Shown: positions 28,680-38,037, counted from the first letter of the stretch. The stretch is DNA of 64,000 bases from Candidatus Iainarchaeum sp. (GCA_018304425.1 JAGVWE010000004.1:1-64000); one strand, 5' to 3'. Numbers and translations: made by a program. Notes: generated from the sequence alone by a model not told the origin.

Positions 28680-29399
28680 CTATTTCTTGGCGGCCCCGGC
28701 CTTTTCCCCGGTTCCGGCTTTGGCTTCGTCCAAGCCCACGGTTTCCACGAACCGGATGTTCTTGACTTCCTTGGCATAGGCCTGGATGACCTTGGAATAC
28801 ACTTGCTTGAGCACGGCCACTTCCTTCTGCAGGTTGCCGGGCAACGCGACCTCGAGGTTTCCCTCCTTGTAGGAAACCCGCACCTTCCGGTCCTCGGGCA
28901 ACGGGAAATACTTTTCTGCCAGGGCCTGCGCCTTTTCCTCGGGCTTCGCCAGATGCCGTTCGATTCGCACCTGGTATTCGACGTCGCGGCCCGCGAGCTC
29001 GGGGTTGAAGTCCAGCCTCACCCTCCCGCCCGACACGCTTTGCACCTTGGCATAGCGGTTGTCGACGTTGACAATCAAGCCCGGCACCGGCTTGAGTTGG
29101 TGCTTGTGGAACTCCTTGAGGGGCACGACCCGCACCAGGGCAGGCTGGCGCTCGCCGAAGGCCTTGGCGGCCGCGATTTTCACGGTCCGCGCCTCGCCGG
29201 CCTTCAACTTCAAGAGCTCTTCTTCGAGGCCCGGGATGACGTCGCCGTTGCCCAGGATGACGGGAACGGCCTTGTAGACCTGGCCATCCTTGTAGAGGCC
29301 CTCCCTTTTCGCGGTCTCCAAGTCCGTGGTGTCAAACGTCTTGTTCGTAAGCAGTTCCTTGCCCGTAAAGGACACCAAGACCACGTCGCCTTTCTCCAT
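28680..29399 (-). CDS. Long-type FKBP peptidyl-prolyl isomerase
   Basis: FDTT, VIPGLEEEL, AFGER, DFNPELAG. Confidence 0.93.
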   Translation of the reverse strand: MEKGDVVLVSFTGKELLTNKTFDTTDLETAKREGLYKDGQVYKAVPVILGNGDVIPGLEEELLKLKAGEARTVKIAAAKAFGERQPALVRVVPLKEFHKHQLKPVPGLIVNVDNRYAKVQSVSGGRVRLDFNPELAGRDVEYQVRIERHLAKPEEKAQALAEKYFPLPEDRKVRVSYKEGNLEVALPGNLQKEVAVLKQVYSKVIQAYAKEVKNIRFVETVGLDEAKAGTGEKAGAAKK

Positions 29400-29497
29400 T
29401 CCAGTTCTTCCCTCGACAAAACTTCTAATCAGTTACTTATTTAAACCATCGGCAAGACCAAATATAACGCCCTATTTTGGGCTAATTCCGTGGTTTT

Positions 29498-30958
29498 ATG
29501 GCAAAGAAGGCGTCCACGCAAAAAACGGCCACGCACAAAAAGGCGGCCCCCCGCGCGGAGGAGAAGAAGAAGCTCCTCATGAACTGGTTCCTCATCATCA
29601 TCATGGTGGGCTCGGTTGGAATCGCCCTGGTGTCCAGTGGCAACAACCAGCCGGAACCGGACGCCAGCGAGCCCCCGCCCTTGAAGGAAGCCCCGACCAT
29701 CCTCCCATTCACCGCGGAAAACGTGGACGCCACCGTGGAAGACGTGTTCGGCTCCATGATTCTCTTGGCCTCGACTTCCCAACCAGACCTAGCCAAAATC
29801 GATGCCCAACTCCGCGGCATTCCAGGCGTTTCCCGCGTGAACTCCCAGTTCAAGGAGTTCAAAGAAGCCAGCCAGGGCCCCCAACAACTCGCGTTCATGG
29901 CGGAAGTCCTTTACGCGCCGGAAATCGCGCCCACGGAAATGCTTTCCCGCATCCAAGAACAGGCCACCCTCTTGAACGAAGTAGTTGTCTACCCCCTTGG
30001 CTTGGTTTCGCTGCCGGAAACCATTCACTTCGTGAACGACGACTTGAACCTCTCCAAGGACTTCCAGCCCAAAGACCGGTTCGCGCAAGCCTTTCTCTCC
30101 GTGGAAACCCGGAAAGGGGATGCCATTCAGGTGAACCTCCAAGCCGACCTCGCCGGGGAAAACGTGCAGCAAATGACGGTGTACGAGTCGCAGAACCCCA
30201 GCAACGCGCCCCAAATCATTGAGCTGATCGCCCGTTACCCCTTGGACTCCCAGGCCAGCACCTTGGCCGTCCTCGGAGACCTCCCCTATTCCTCGAATCC
30301 CCTGGATGCCAACGCTCTCAAAGGCGAGGCCCTGGCCTTGAAGGGCCTGGTTTCCGCGCAACTCGAGTTCGAGAACCCGCCGCTTGCCCTGCAAGTGGTC
30401 TCCCAAGACGACTTTTCCGCGAAAGCCGTTGACCTCAACCAGTCCCTCTCCCAACTCACGGGCATCCTCCGCGCGCGCCTCGACGTCGAAGGCAAGTCCG
30501 TTTACCTGGACTTCCAGAGCACCGTGGACTACGCGGACCTCAAAAAGGAACTCGTCAACGTGTTTGCCGCGGTGGGCGTAAAAAAGGAGGCCCTGACCTT
30601 CGTTGACCCGCGCATCCGCTTGGCAGGAATCTTTGACGCTTCCACGAATGAACTCGCCGGAACGGCCCAGCAACTCCAGGCCTTGTTCCAGTCCAGGGGC
30701 ATCGCGGTCGAAATCTATCAACTTGTTGCCGTCAAGGCAGACCAATTCGTGGACCCCAAAACCGGCAACGAGTACGCCATCGAAGGAGGGTTCTTCCAGG
30801 CCCTGGCCAAGCCCGGCCACCCATCCAAGGACGAGGTTTCGCTGGGCATCCAGTTCCTGGGCAAACGCGGCCAAGCCCTGAACATCCAAGCCATTGAAGG
30901 CGAGGCAGGCTCGCCGGTCAACCCACGAGAACAATCCATTCCCTTCAAGGTCAACTGA
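29498..30958 (+). CDS. Hypothetical N-terminally anchored membrane protein
   Basis: 486 aa, single N-terminal TM, genome-typical codon use. Confidence 0.8.
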   Translation: MAKKASTQKTATHKKAAPRAEEKKKLLMNWFLIIIMVGSVGIALVSSGNNQPEPDASEPPPLKEAPTILPFTAENVDATVEDVFGSMILLASTSQPDLAKIDAQLRGIPGVSRVNSQFKEFKEASQGPQQLAFMAEVLYAPEIAPTEMLSRIQEQATLLNEVVVYPLGLVSLPETIHFVNDDLNLSKDFQPKDRFAQAFLSVETRKGDAIQVNLQADLAGENVQQMTVYESQNPSNAPQIIELIARYPLDSQASTLAVLGDLPYSSNPLDANALKGEALALKGLVSAQLEFENPPLALQVVSQDDFSAKAVDLNQSLSQLTGILRARLDVEGKSVYLDFQSTVDYADLKKELVNVFAAVGVKKEALTFVDPRIRLAGIFDASTNELAGTAQQLQALFQSRGIAVEIYQLVAVKADQFVDPKTGNEYAIEGGFFQALAKPGHPSKDEVSLGIQFLGKRGQALNIQAIEGEAGSPVNPREQSIPFKVN

Positions 30959-30961
30959 GTT

Positions 30962-32692
30962 TTACGGCAAAAAACATTGCACGATGGGGTGCGCGAAGTT
31001 CAATTCATAGCTGTGGTACTTTCTTCCTGCTTGGTGGGGTTGGAACACGCCCGCATACAGCAACCGCGTGAAGACGGCCAACATGTAGCCTCCCGGAGCC
31101 CTGTGCGCCCTCGACTTGTCCAGGAACCAGGTCATGGGCTGGTGCATGGCCCGGGCTTCCCGCGTGGAACTGAGTATGGCGTTCACGACGCCAAAGGCGT
31201 ACCTGCGCCGGATTTCAGGATTGGAAGCCATGCGCCGGGGCAACACGCTTCTAACGGTTTCTTCCAGGAACTGGTTAAGCCGCGAATCCAGGGTTACCAG
31301 GGCTTCCACCAAACCCGGGCGATGGTCTCGCAAACCATTTAACCAGTCCTCTTCGGGCTTCCAAAAGTGTTCCTCCGACAACACCAGGCGATGGGTGGCG
31401 GGTTGTCGCGGTGATTCCGGCGGGCGCATGGTCGTTGCCGGTCCGTTGTTCCTCTTTTTTTCCTTGACTGGAAGGATTGCCGCGGCAGAAGCAGGCGCAG
31501 GAACTCGTGGTCTGGCAAGTACGGTGCTGGCCGAAGCAGGAGGCAGCTCTGCTTGCCTTCGTTGTTCCTGATATTCCTGAATGGCTTGCCGGGCGGCCTC
31601 CTCCGCCGGCTTGCCCTGCAGTCGAAGCCGGTAAGCAGCCTTGTAGACATGCACGGGGTCAATGCCCGCCGCGTGGGCTTGCAAAGTCACCACTTCTTTC
31701 AGTCGCTGCCTCCTGGCCGTAGGGCCCCGAATCTCACTCGTGACCTCGTTCCGGTAACCGTTCAACAGTTGCTCCAAGAACAAGGGTGGATTGAAGTTGG
31801 ACATGGTTTCAGCCAACTCGCCGCCCACGCGTTCCGCGATGCCGGCGTGGAAGGGGATTATCCGGTTCAAGGCGTACACGCGCACCGCTTCCCTGGAGAA
31901 CCGCTTCAAGAACCACACGGCCGCTTGCCGGGCATCCCCCAGATAAGCGGTTTTCGCATTATAGTCCAGGCCCCGTTTGCGTGCTGTATCGCTTGTAGCA
32001 TCAGTCCACGCCCGTATCTCCCTATTAGAGGGCCTGACGCCGTGGACGAAAAAATGCAGGCGGCCGTCCACGACCAAGGGATGGAAGTTTTCTTGCTTGA
32101 TTTTCACCCAGCCCGGGACTTCCAGGGGTTTCCGAGCCTTCCGGTCTTCCAGTGCACTCCATGAAGCCCGTTCCAGAAACTCATCGCCTGGCTTCGTGCT
32201 TGGCGGGCCGGGTTTCATGGTTAAAAAGTTTGCATTGGCCTGGAGCGGTGCGCGGCCCGGGGTGAGCGGCGCCTTGGCCGGGGCTTGCCGGGATTTCCCG
32301 GGTTCCGGAGCGACCGGGTCTGCTGGCGGCAGGCAATCAATGAACGCAACAAGGCCTTCCGACCAATTGGTGCCAGGCCGATTGGTTTGCCGGTATTTTG
32401 CCTGCTCTTCTTGGTGGAGGAAGCGCAGCACCTTGTCAAAATTACCCATCAATGCATTGCCAATGACGTTGCCTTCCGGGCTTGCGTGTTCAAACTCGTA
32501 GCCCTTGCGTTCCCGGGTCAGGAACCGCAACCGCCGCTTGGGGTCCCGTTGCCTGCGGTGGCCACGCGCCCTTCCAAGCGCGAGCCTAACCTTGATTTCA
32601 CTGGCTTTCCCCTCACTGGGCTTGTAACCCAACCGCTCCCAAATGCGCGCCCATTGACTCACGGTATAAATGGCGGCCCGCTTCATGCCCAT
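30962..32692 (-). CDS. Arg-rich orphan, paralogue A with shared C-terminal domain
   Basis: 576 aa; last approx. 135 aa align with the 32762-33988 protein. Confidence 0.75.
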   Translation of the reverse strand: MGMKRAAIYTVSQWARIWERLGYKPSEGKASEIKVRLALGRARGHRRQRDPKRRLRFLTRERKGYEFEHASPEGNVIGNALMGNFDKVLRFLHQEEQAKYRQTNRPGTNWSEGLVAFIDCLPPADPVAPEPGKSRQAPAKAPLTPGRAPLQANANFLTMKPGPPSTKPGDEFLERASWSALEDRKARKPLEVPGWVKIKQENFHPLVVDGRLHFFVHGVRPSNREIRAWTDATSDTARKRGLDYNAKTAYLGDARQAAVWFLKRFSREAVRVYALNRIIPFHAGIAERVGGELAETMSNFNPPLFLEQLLNGYRNEVTSEIRGPTARRQRLKEVVTLQAHAAGIDPVHVYKAAYRLRLQGKPAEEAARQAIQEYQEQRRQAELPPASASTVLARPRVPAPASAAAILPVKEKKRNNGPATTMRPPESPRQPATHRLVLSEEHFWKPEEDWLNGLRDHRPGLVEALVTLDSRLNQFLEETVRSVLPRRMASNPEIRRRYAFGVVNAILSSTREARAMHQPMTWFLDKSRAHRAPGGYMLAVFTRLLYAGVFQPHQAGRKYHSYELNFAHPIVQCFLP

Positions 32693-32761
32693 ACCCTACT
32701 TTGCTTGCTGGGACTATAAATTCGTTTCCTTTCCGTTTGCCGACTATCCAGTTCCCCTGCC

Positions 32762-33988
32762 TTACCCCTGCACGGTCCGCATGATGGGATGGTCGTAGTT
32801 GAATTCGTAGCCGTCGCTATGGCCATGGCTTTCGACGATTAACCCTTCTCGAATTAGTTGTTCTACGACGTCTGCCATGTAGCCGCCCGGAATCCGAGTC
32901 CCGCCACTTTTGTCCACGAAGTACTTTTTTCTTACATGGACGTTCCGGTTCACCCGCCCCGCCGTCAATAAAACTTTTACTACGCCCCATGCGTACTTCC
33001 GTCTTAATCCAATGTTGGCGGCCACCGGCTTTGGCAAGGCCAGGTCCAACACCCGTCGGATAAATTGGTTTGTCGGGGACTGCTGGTCCACCACCTGCAG
33101 CACGAACCGAGGCCGGTGATCACGCGTTCGTTCTAGATACTCTTCATAGGGTTTGTAGAAATGTCTGGGCCCGAGCGCTAGCGGTTCGCGTCGCAACACT
33201 GGAGGAGCGGGCGCCGCCGGGTTTGCCCTGGGCCTTCTCTTTTTGCCGTTGGGCGCCGGCCTTGTTTGGTCAGTTGCCAGCCGGTCAGCCTGGTAAGCGG
33301 GTGCAGGCCTGCCAGCTTGCGATGGCGGTGCCGGAATCAATCTCCTGATTTCCCGTCGCCTGGCCCCTTCAACTCGTGCCTCGGCTTCCCGCTTTTTTGT
33401 TTCCAAGGCGTTTTCGTATGCTTCCAGTGCACGGGACACAACCGTTTCCATGAGTTCACGGCCCGTTTGGCTGCCGGTTGCCTCTTCCCTGGCAACCCGT
33501 TGGGCTGCCCCCCGTGCCAGCGCTTCATCAAAGGACACCGTTCCTTCCGCCAAAAACGCCTTTCGCCCCCTGCCCAGCAACGGCGGCTTGGCCACGGCTT
33601 CGAGGGCATCCAGGGCCAGTTGCTCCAGTGCGGCTTGCCGGGCCTGTCGTTGGCCCCCAATGAAGCGTGCGCCCGGTCTTGCGCGGGCGACTTCCCTAGC
33701 CGTCTGCTCGCGCTTGCGGCCCACGCCGGTCGTGAACAGGATCCATTGTCCATTAAGCGGGAAGTCGTGCACGCCGCTCTCGGGCAGTGGCACGTTTTTG
33801 AGATTCAGCTGCTTCGCCAGCCACTGCCTGAGTTTTGGGAGGCCGCGCAGCGCGTGGGGGTCATCGATATAGCCGAATATTTTCGCCCAAGGCGTTGCCG
33901 GATGCAGCCGGCTCCGCTGCCTGGTTTTCATCCACCACAGCACCCGGGCAGGCGCTATCCGTTCATGCAGGGGGCGTGGAGTCGGCAT
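32762..33988 (-). CDS. Arg-rich orphan, paralogue B with shared C-terminal domain
   Basis: 408 aa; shares HFxKP, RDHRP, NQF, RRxYAxGVV, DKS, PGGYM, YExNxxHPI with paralogue A. Confidence 0.75.
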   Translation of the reverse strand: MPTPRPLHERIAPARVLWWMKTRQRSRLHPATPWAKIFGYIDDPHALRGLPKLRQWLAKQLNLKNVPLPESGVHDFPLNGQWILFTTGVGRKREQTAREVARARPGARFIGGQRQARQAALEQLALDALEAVAKPPLLGRGRKAFLAEGTVSFDEALARGAAQRVAREEATGSQTGRELMETVVSRALEAYENALETKKREAEARVEGARRREIRRLIPAPPSQAGRPAPAYQADRLATDQTRPAPNGKKRRPRANPAAPAPPVLRREPLALGPRHFYKPYEEYLERTRDHRPRFVLQVVDQQSPTNQFIRRVLDLALPKPVAANIGLRRKYAWGVVKVLLTAGRVNRNVHVRKKYFVDKSGGTRIPGGYMADVVEQLIREGLIVESHGHSDGYEFNYDHPIMRTVQG

Positions 33989-34021
33989 GGAAAGAATGAG
34001 TCTGCCGGACTATAAAAGCCT

Positions 34022-34363
34022 TTATCCCTTCAACTTCGCAATCGCTTCGGCGAGGTCGCCGCCGCTTGCCTTCAACGCGGTCTCGGCTTCCTTCTTCGAG
34101 CAACCGGCTTGTTCCATGACCAGCTTGACGTCTTCTTCGGGCGCCCCTACGGGGCCGGCTTCCTCGCGGGCCGTGCCAACCACGGTGTAGGTCTTCTGCC
34201 CGCCCATCTCGATGGCCGTGACGCTGGGGCTGTCCACCACCAACCGTTTTCCCTCCAACTCGAACACGACGCGCTTGGCGTTTATTTCCTCGGTCTTCAT
34301 GCCGAGTTGCTTCATCACGCGCTGCATGTCGCGGGGATTCATGTTGCCCATTCCCGGAAACAT
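34022..34363 (-). CDS. nac: Nascent polypeptide-associated complex protein
   Basis: MNPRDMQRVMKQLGM..EEDVKLVMEQAG..GGDLAEAI. Confidence 0.95.
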   Translation of the reverse strand: MFPGMGNMNPRDMQRVMKQLGMKTEEINAKRVVFELEGKRLVVDSPSVTAIEMGGQKTYTVVGTAREEAGPVGAPEEDVKLVMEQAGCSKKEAETALKASGGDLAEAIAKLKG

Positions 34364-34389
34364 AGTACCACTCCTTGCCCTAAACGTTT

Positions 34390-34794
34390 TTAACCCCGCG
34401 TGCGCTTGGGGTACCAGACGTTTTTCAGCGCCTGGCGCAGCCTTGCCAGGTCGCGGCTCAATTGCAGTCGCACCCGGGCCACGTCTGCCTCCGTGGCCGA
34501 CCCAAACACCTGTTGCGCGATTTCCTTCAATGAGTTGGTTGGACGCCGGGAATCCAGCCCCAGAAAACGCGTGACCCCTTCCTTGCGTGCAGGGTTCCAC
34601 CGCAGCCCAGCCAAAAGCCGCTGCACCTGTGGGCGAGTGGGAAGGTGGCCCACGCTGGACGACCCCAAATATAGGGTCAACACGGCTTGGGACGTGATTT
34701 CGATTGGCACCCGGTTTCCGGCCGTGCGGCCAACCACTCCGCAGGAAAGGGAACCGCGCGTGCCACGCTTTGCTCGGGCGTTATGTGCTTTCAT
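34390..34794 (-). CDS. Basic orphan with sigma-70 region-4-like HTH
   Basis: ATGA overlap with the aguBA stop; RFLGLDSRRPTNSLKEIAQ..RVRLQLSRDLARLR. Confidence 0.55.
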   Translation of the reverse strand: MKAHNARAKRGTRGSLSCGVVGRTAGNRVPIEITSQAVLTLYLGSSSVGHLPTRPQVQRLLAGLRWNPARKEGVTRFLGLDSRRPTNSLKEIAQQVFGSATEADVARVRLQLSRDLARLRQALKNVWYPKRTRG

Positions 34795-36749
34795 CTGCGC
34801 TTGCCTCCCCTCGGAAAACCGGTCTTCGGCACCTGCTGGGAGATGCAGTGCAGGGTCCCGCAGCCGTGCACGAGGTCGCGGCAGTCGATGCCGACAATCT
34901 TCCGGCCGGGGAAAAAGCGTCCAATGATTTTCCGCGCCCGCGCGTCCGTCGCGAGCCCGAACCGGGGCACGAGCACGGCCTTGTTCGCGATGTAAAAGTT
35001 GGCGTAGCTGGCCGGCATCCGCTTGCCGCCTGAAACCAGGTGGGGCACGGGCAGCTTCACGACCGTAAAAGGCGCGCCGTCCGCGTCCCGCGCTTTCCGA
35101 AGCCGCTCGAAGTTGTCCTTGAGGTTGTGGTAGTTGGGGTCTCTCCGGTCTCCTTCGAACGCGCACACGATGGTCTTTTCGTCCACGAACCGCGCGAGGT
35201 TGTCGACGTGGGAGTCTGTATCGTCTCCCTGCACTCCTCTGCCGAGCCAGATGACGTTCGAAACGTCCAGGTACTCGCAGAGCGTGGCCTCGATTTCCTG
35301 CCGGCTCAGGCCCGGGTTCCGGTTATCGTTCAACAAGCAGTCCTCGGTCGTCAACAGGCTGCCTCGGCCGTTGACGTCGATGGCGCCGCCTTCCATGACC
35401 ATGCCGGCGCGGAAGAACGGCTTCCTCCACTCGCGGTTGATGCGCGCGGGCACGGAGTCATCCTTCAACAATTCCTGGTACTTCCCGCCCCAGGCATTGA
35501 ACCGCCACTTGACCATGCCCAGCCTTTTCTGCTGTCGGTTGGCGACAAAGCTAGGCCCGTAATCCCGGAACCACACGTCCGCGTAACCGTGCTCGTAGAA
35601 CCTCACTTTCTTGGGGTCGGCCCCCTTCTCCTGGAGGAAAGCCTCCACCCTCTTTCGCATGCGTTTGCCGGTAACGAACAAGTTCACGCGCTCGCTCTTG
35701 GTTTCTTGCAGGGAGCGGATGAGGTGCGCGTAGGCCTTCTCGACGTTGCCCAGGTTCTCAAAGGTGATGAGGTCGTAGGGCCACGCCAAAAAAAGCGCGT
35801 CATGCTTTTCCCATTCAGCGGGGAAGCGATAGCCTTGCGCGGCCGGCGTCTTCCGGTGCAGCACGTCCTTCTTGGGCTTGAGGGCTTTCGGCTCCTTCAG
35901 CTCGACGTAGTCGCGGGGCCTGCGGTTGCGGAAGAAGCCCCAGCCCTCGCGCACCCGCTGGTTCTCGTCCAAGTCGATTTCAACTACAAGGGCCGCGTCC
36001 TTCTTCGGGCCCGCGTTGGCCAGCACCCTGCCAAAGGGGTCGGATACGAATGAATGCCCCCAGAAGGAGAGCCTTCCCTCGTTGCCCGTGCGGTTGACGG
36101 CTGCCACGTGCACGTTGTTGGCGATGGCGTGCGCGCGCTGGATGCAGGTCCAGGCACCCAGCCAGTCGTCGGGCTCCTTGTATCCCTTGATGCGGCCGAT
36201 GGCGGTCGGGTAAAAGATGATTTCAGCGCCTTTCAGGGCGGCGATGCGCGCGGCCTCGGGAAACCATTGGTCGAAGCAGATGAGGGGCGCGATTTTGGCT
36301 TTCCGGGTCTTGAAGACCTTGAACCCCAAATCCCCGTGCTCGAAGTAGTGTTGTTCCCAGAACAGGGGGTCGTGGGGCAAGTGCATCTTCCGGTAGGTTC
36401 CGAGGAGTTTTCCGCGTTCGTCGATGACCGCGATGCTGTTGTAGAACTTTTTTCCGTGCCGCTCGTAAATCGGGGCAATCAGGACGATGCCGAGTTCCTT
36501 GGCTAGGCCAGCGAGCAGGCGCGTGGTCGGCCCTGGAATGGCTTTCGCCAACGCGAATGCGGCCTCGTCCTTTTTCGCCTGCGGAAAGTAAAGCGTGTCA
36601 AACAATTCGGGCAGGCACACGATGTCCGCGCCCCGGGCGGCCGCCTGGCGGACGAGTCTTTCGGCCTTGGCGTGGTTGGCTTGCTTGTCCGCTTCCATGG
36701 ACATCTGGATTAAGCCGATGCGAAGCTTTCGGGCCACGAGGTGCACCAA
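34791..36749 (-). CDS. Fusion of N-carbamoylputrescine amidase (AguB, nitrilase fold) and agmatine deiminase (AguA)
   Basis: LPELF, YRKMH, LICFDQWFPE triad; then PAEWEKH, WFRDYGP, EGGAIDVNG, DTDSHVD, ASYANF, GTLHCISQQ. Confidence 0.93.
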   Translation of the reverse strand: MVHLVARKLRIGLIQMSMEADKQANHAKAERLVRQAAARGADIVCLPELFDTLYFPQAKKDEAAFALAKAIPGPTTRLLAGLAKELGIVLIAPIYERHGKKFYNSIAVIDERGKLLGTYRKMHLPHDPLFWEQHYFEHGDLGFKVFKTRKAKIAPLICFDQWFPEAARIAALKGAEIIFYPTAIGRIKGYKEPDDWLGAWTCIQRAHAIANNVHVAAVNRTGNEGRLSFWGHSFVSDPFGRVLANAGPKKDAALVVEIDLDENQRVREGWGFFRNRRPRDYVELKEPKALKPKKDVLHRKTPAAQGYRFPAEWEKHDALFLAWPYDLITFENLGNVEKAYAHLIRSLQETKSERVNLFVTGKRMRKRVEAFLQEKGADPKKVRFYEHGYADVWFRDYGPSFVANRQQKRLGMVKWRFNAWGGKYQELLKDDSVPARINREWRKPFFRAGMVMEGGAIDVNGRGSLLTTEDCLLNDNRNPGLSRQEIEATLCEYLDVSNVIWLGRGVQGDDTDSHVDNLARFVDEKTIVCAFEGDRRDPNYHNLKDNFERLRKARDADGAPFTVVKLPVPHLVSGGKRMPASYANFYIANKAVLVPRFGLATDARARKIIGRFFPGRKIVGIDCRDLVHGCGTLHCISQQVPKTGFPRGGKRR

Positions 36750-36817
36750 AACATTTTATGGGGCGCAACCTTTATTAACTTCTATTCCGTTTAATGGTGG
36801 GTTATTGAGGGGTTCTA

Positions 36818-37471
36818 ATGGGTAAAGCCGTCGTGTCCAACTTCAAGGCGTTCGCGGAAAAGTTTCCCCGCGTCGCGCAGCTCCCGGAAACCGATGTCCG
36901 GGTGCAGGCCTTGAAGCGCTACTTCGAGCGCGGCAGCTTTGTCTCGGTGTATGCTTCAGCCGGCGTTTGGCCGCGCCTCGACTTTCCAACGCCCTTGTGG
37001 ATTAAGGGCAAAATCGAGGAGTTCAAGCAGCAAAAGGCGCGGTTCGCGGAAAAGCACCGGAGCTGGAGCATCCTCGTGCACAAGGACCAGTTTGCCGCGG
37101 TGCGCACCCTCTTGGCCAAGTTCGGGGAACCCCTCTACTGGAAGCACCTGGCGAAAGTAACCTTTGACGTGGACTACAAGCAGGACGCGGCCAAGGTCTC
37201 CCTGCCCGTGCACCTGGTGACCGAAGAGCGCTGGAAGCCCATGATCAAGATGTTCGTCGAGGACCTGGACTACCGCAAGCAACTCGCGGAAACGGTTGAC
37301 ACCTCGATTGTCTACAAGAACGACAAGCGCGTGGCAAAATACGCAGACCAGTTGAAGGGCTTCCGCAAGTCCCTCTCGGTCAAGAAACGCGACATGTTCC
37401 AAGAAAAAGTCGACGAAATCAGCCAAGACCTCGAAATGTACAACGAAATCCTCAAGTGGGCGAAGGAATAG
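36818..37471 (+). CDS. Hypothetical helical protein
   Basis: 217 aa, genome-typical codon use, GAGGGG upstream. Confidence 0.8.
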   Translation: MGKAVVSNFKAFAEKFPRVAQLPETDVRVQALKRYFERGSFVSVYASAGVWPRLDFPTPLWIKGKIEEFKQQKARFAEKHRSWSILVHKDQFAAVRTLLAKFGEPLYWKHLAKVTFDVDYKQDAAKVSLPVHLVTEERWKPMIKMFVEDLDYRKQLAETVDTSIVYKNDKRVAKYADQLKGFRKSLSVKKRDMFQEKVDEISQDLEMYNEILKWAKE

Positions 37472-37579
37472 CGTTTCCCGCTCTTCCGCACCGGAAATCC
37501 ACTCCCCTCCCCGGCCCTATTTAAACCCCCTGAACCACTATCTTCTTGCGGCCTCTTAAGGCCGAGTGAGGTGGAGTAA

Positions 37580-37834
37580 ATGTCGAGTCCCATAAAGAAG
37601 TTCCAGGTCGGAGGCGTCAGCGCGGCCGTCTGGGAAAACGAGTCACAGACCCCCGAGGGAAGCCCCTACCAGACGGTTTCCCTCCAGAAGCGGTTCAAGG
37701 ACAAGAACGACGAGTGGAAGTCCTCGAACTCCTTTCGCGCCAGCGACTTGCCCAAGGCCATCCTCGCCCTCCAAAAAGCCTACGAGTTCGTGGCCTTGAA
37801 GGAGCAAGGCGAGCTGGCGGTGGTCGAGGCTTGA
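37580..37834 (+). CDS. Small putative ssDNA-binding protein (PC4/Whirly-like)
   Basis: PIKKFQVGGVSAAVWEN..VSLQKRFKD..EWKSSNSFRASDLPK; strong GAGGTGGAG RBS. Confidence 0.6.
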   Translation: MSSPIKKFQVGGVSAAVWENESQTPEGSPYQTVSLQKRFKDKNDEWKSSNSFRASDLPKAILALQKAYEFVALKEQGELAVVEA

Positions 37835-37876
37835 ACGGCCGGGCGGCTCACGCGGGCCCCGAGGGCGGCTGGCTCA

Positions 37877-37983
37877 CGGCCTTTTTACAAAAGGCCGGCG
37901 AAAAGGTGCCCTGCCAAGCAGGGCACAGCCTTTTTTGCTTCGCAAAAAAGCCCGGGGGAAACGGGCCCTGCTTTGCAGGACCC
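37877..37983. repeat. Cluster of four adjacent hairpins, all with 3-nt loops
   Basis: CGGCCTTTT-TAC-AAAAGGCCG; GTGCCCTGC-CAA-GCAGGGCAC; CTTTTTTGC-TTC-GCAAAAAAG; CCTGC-TTT-GCAGG. Confidence 0.8.
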
Positions 37984-38037
37984 CTCCCTTGCCCCCTTTG
38001 CTCTGCCTAAAAAGCCTTTTCCTCTCCCTGATTGCCT

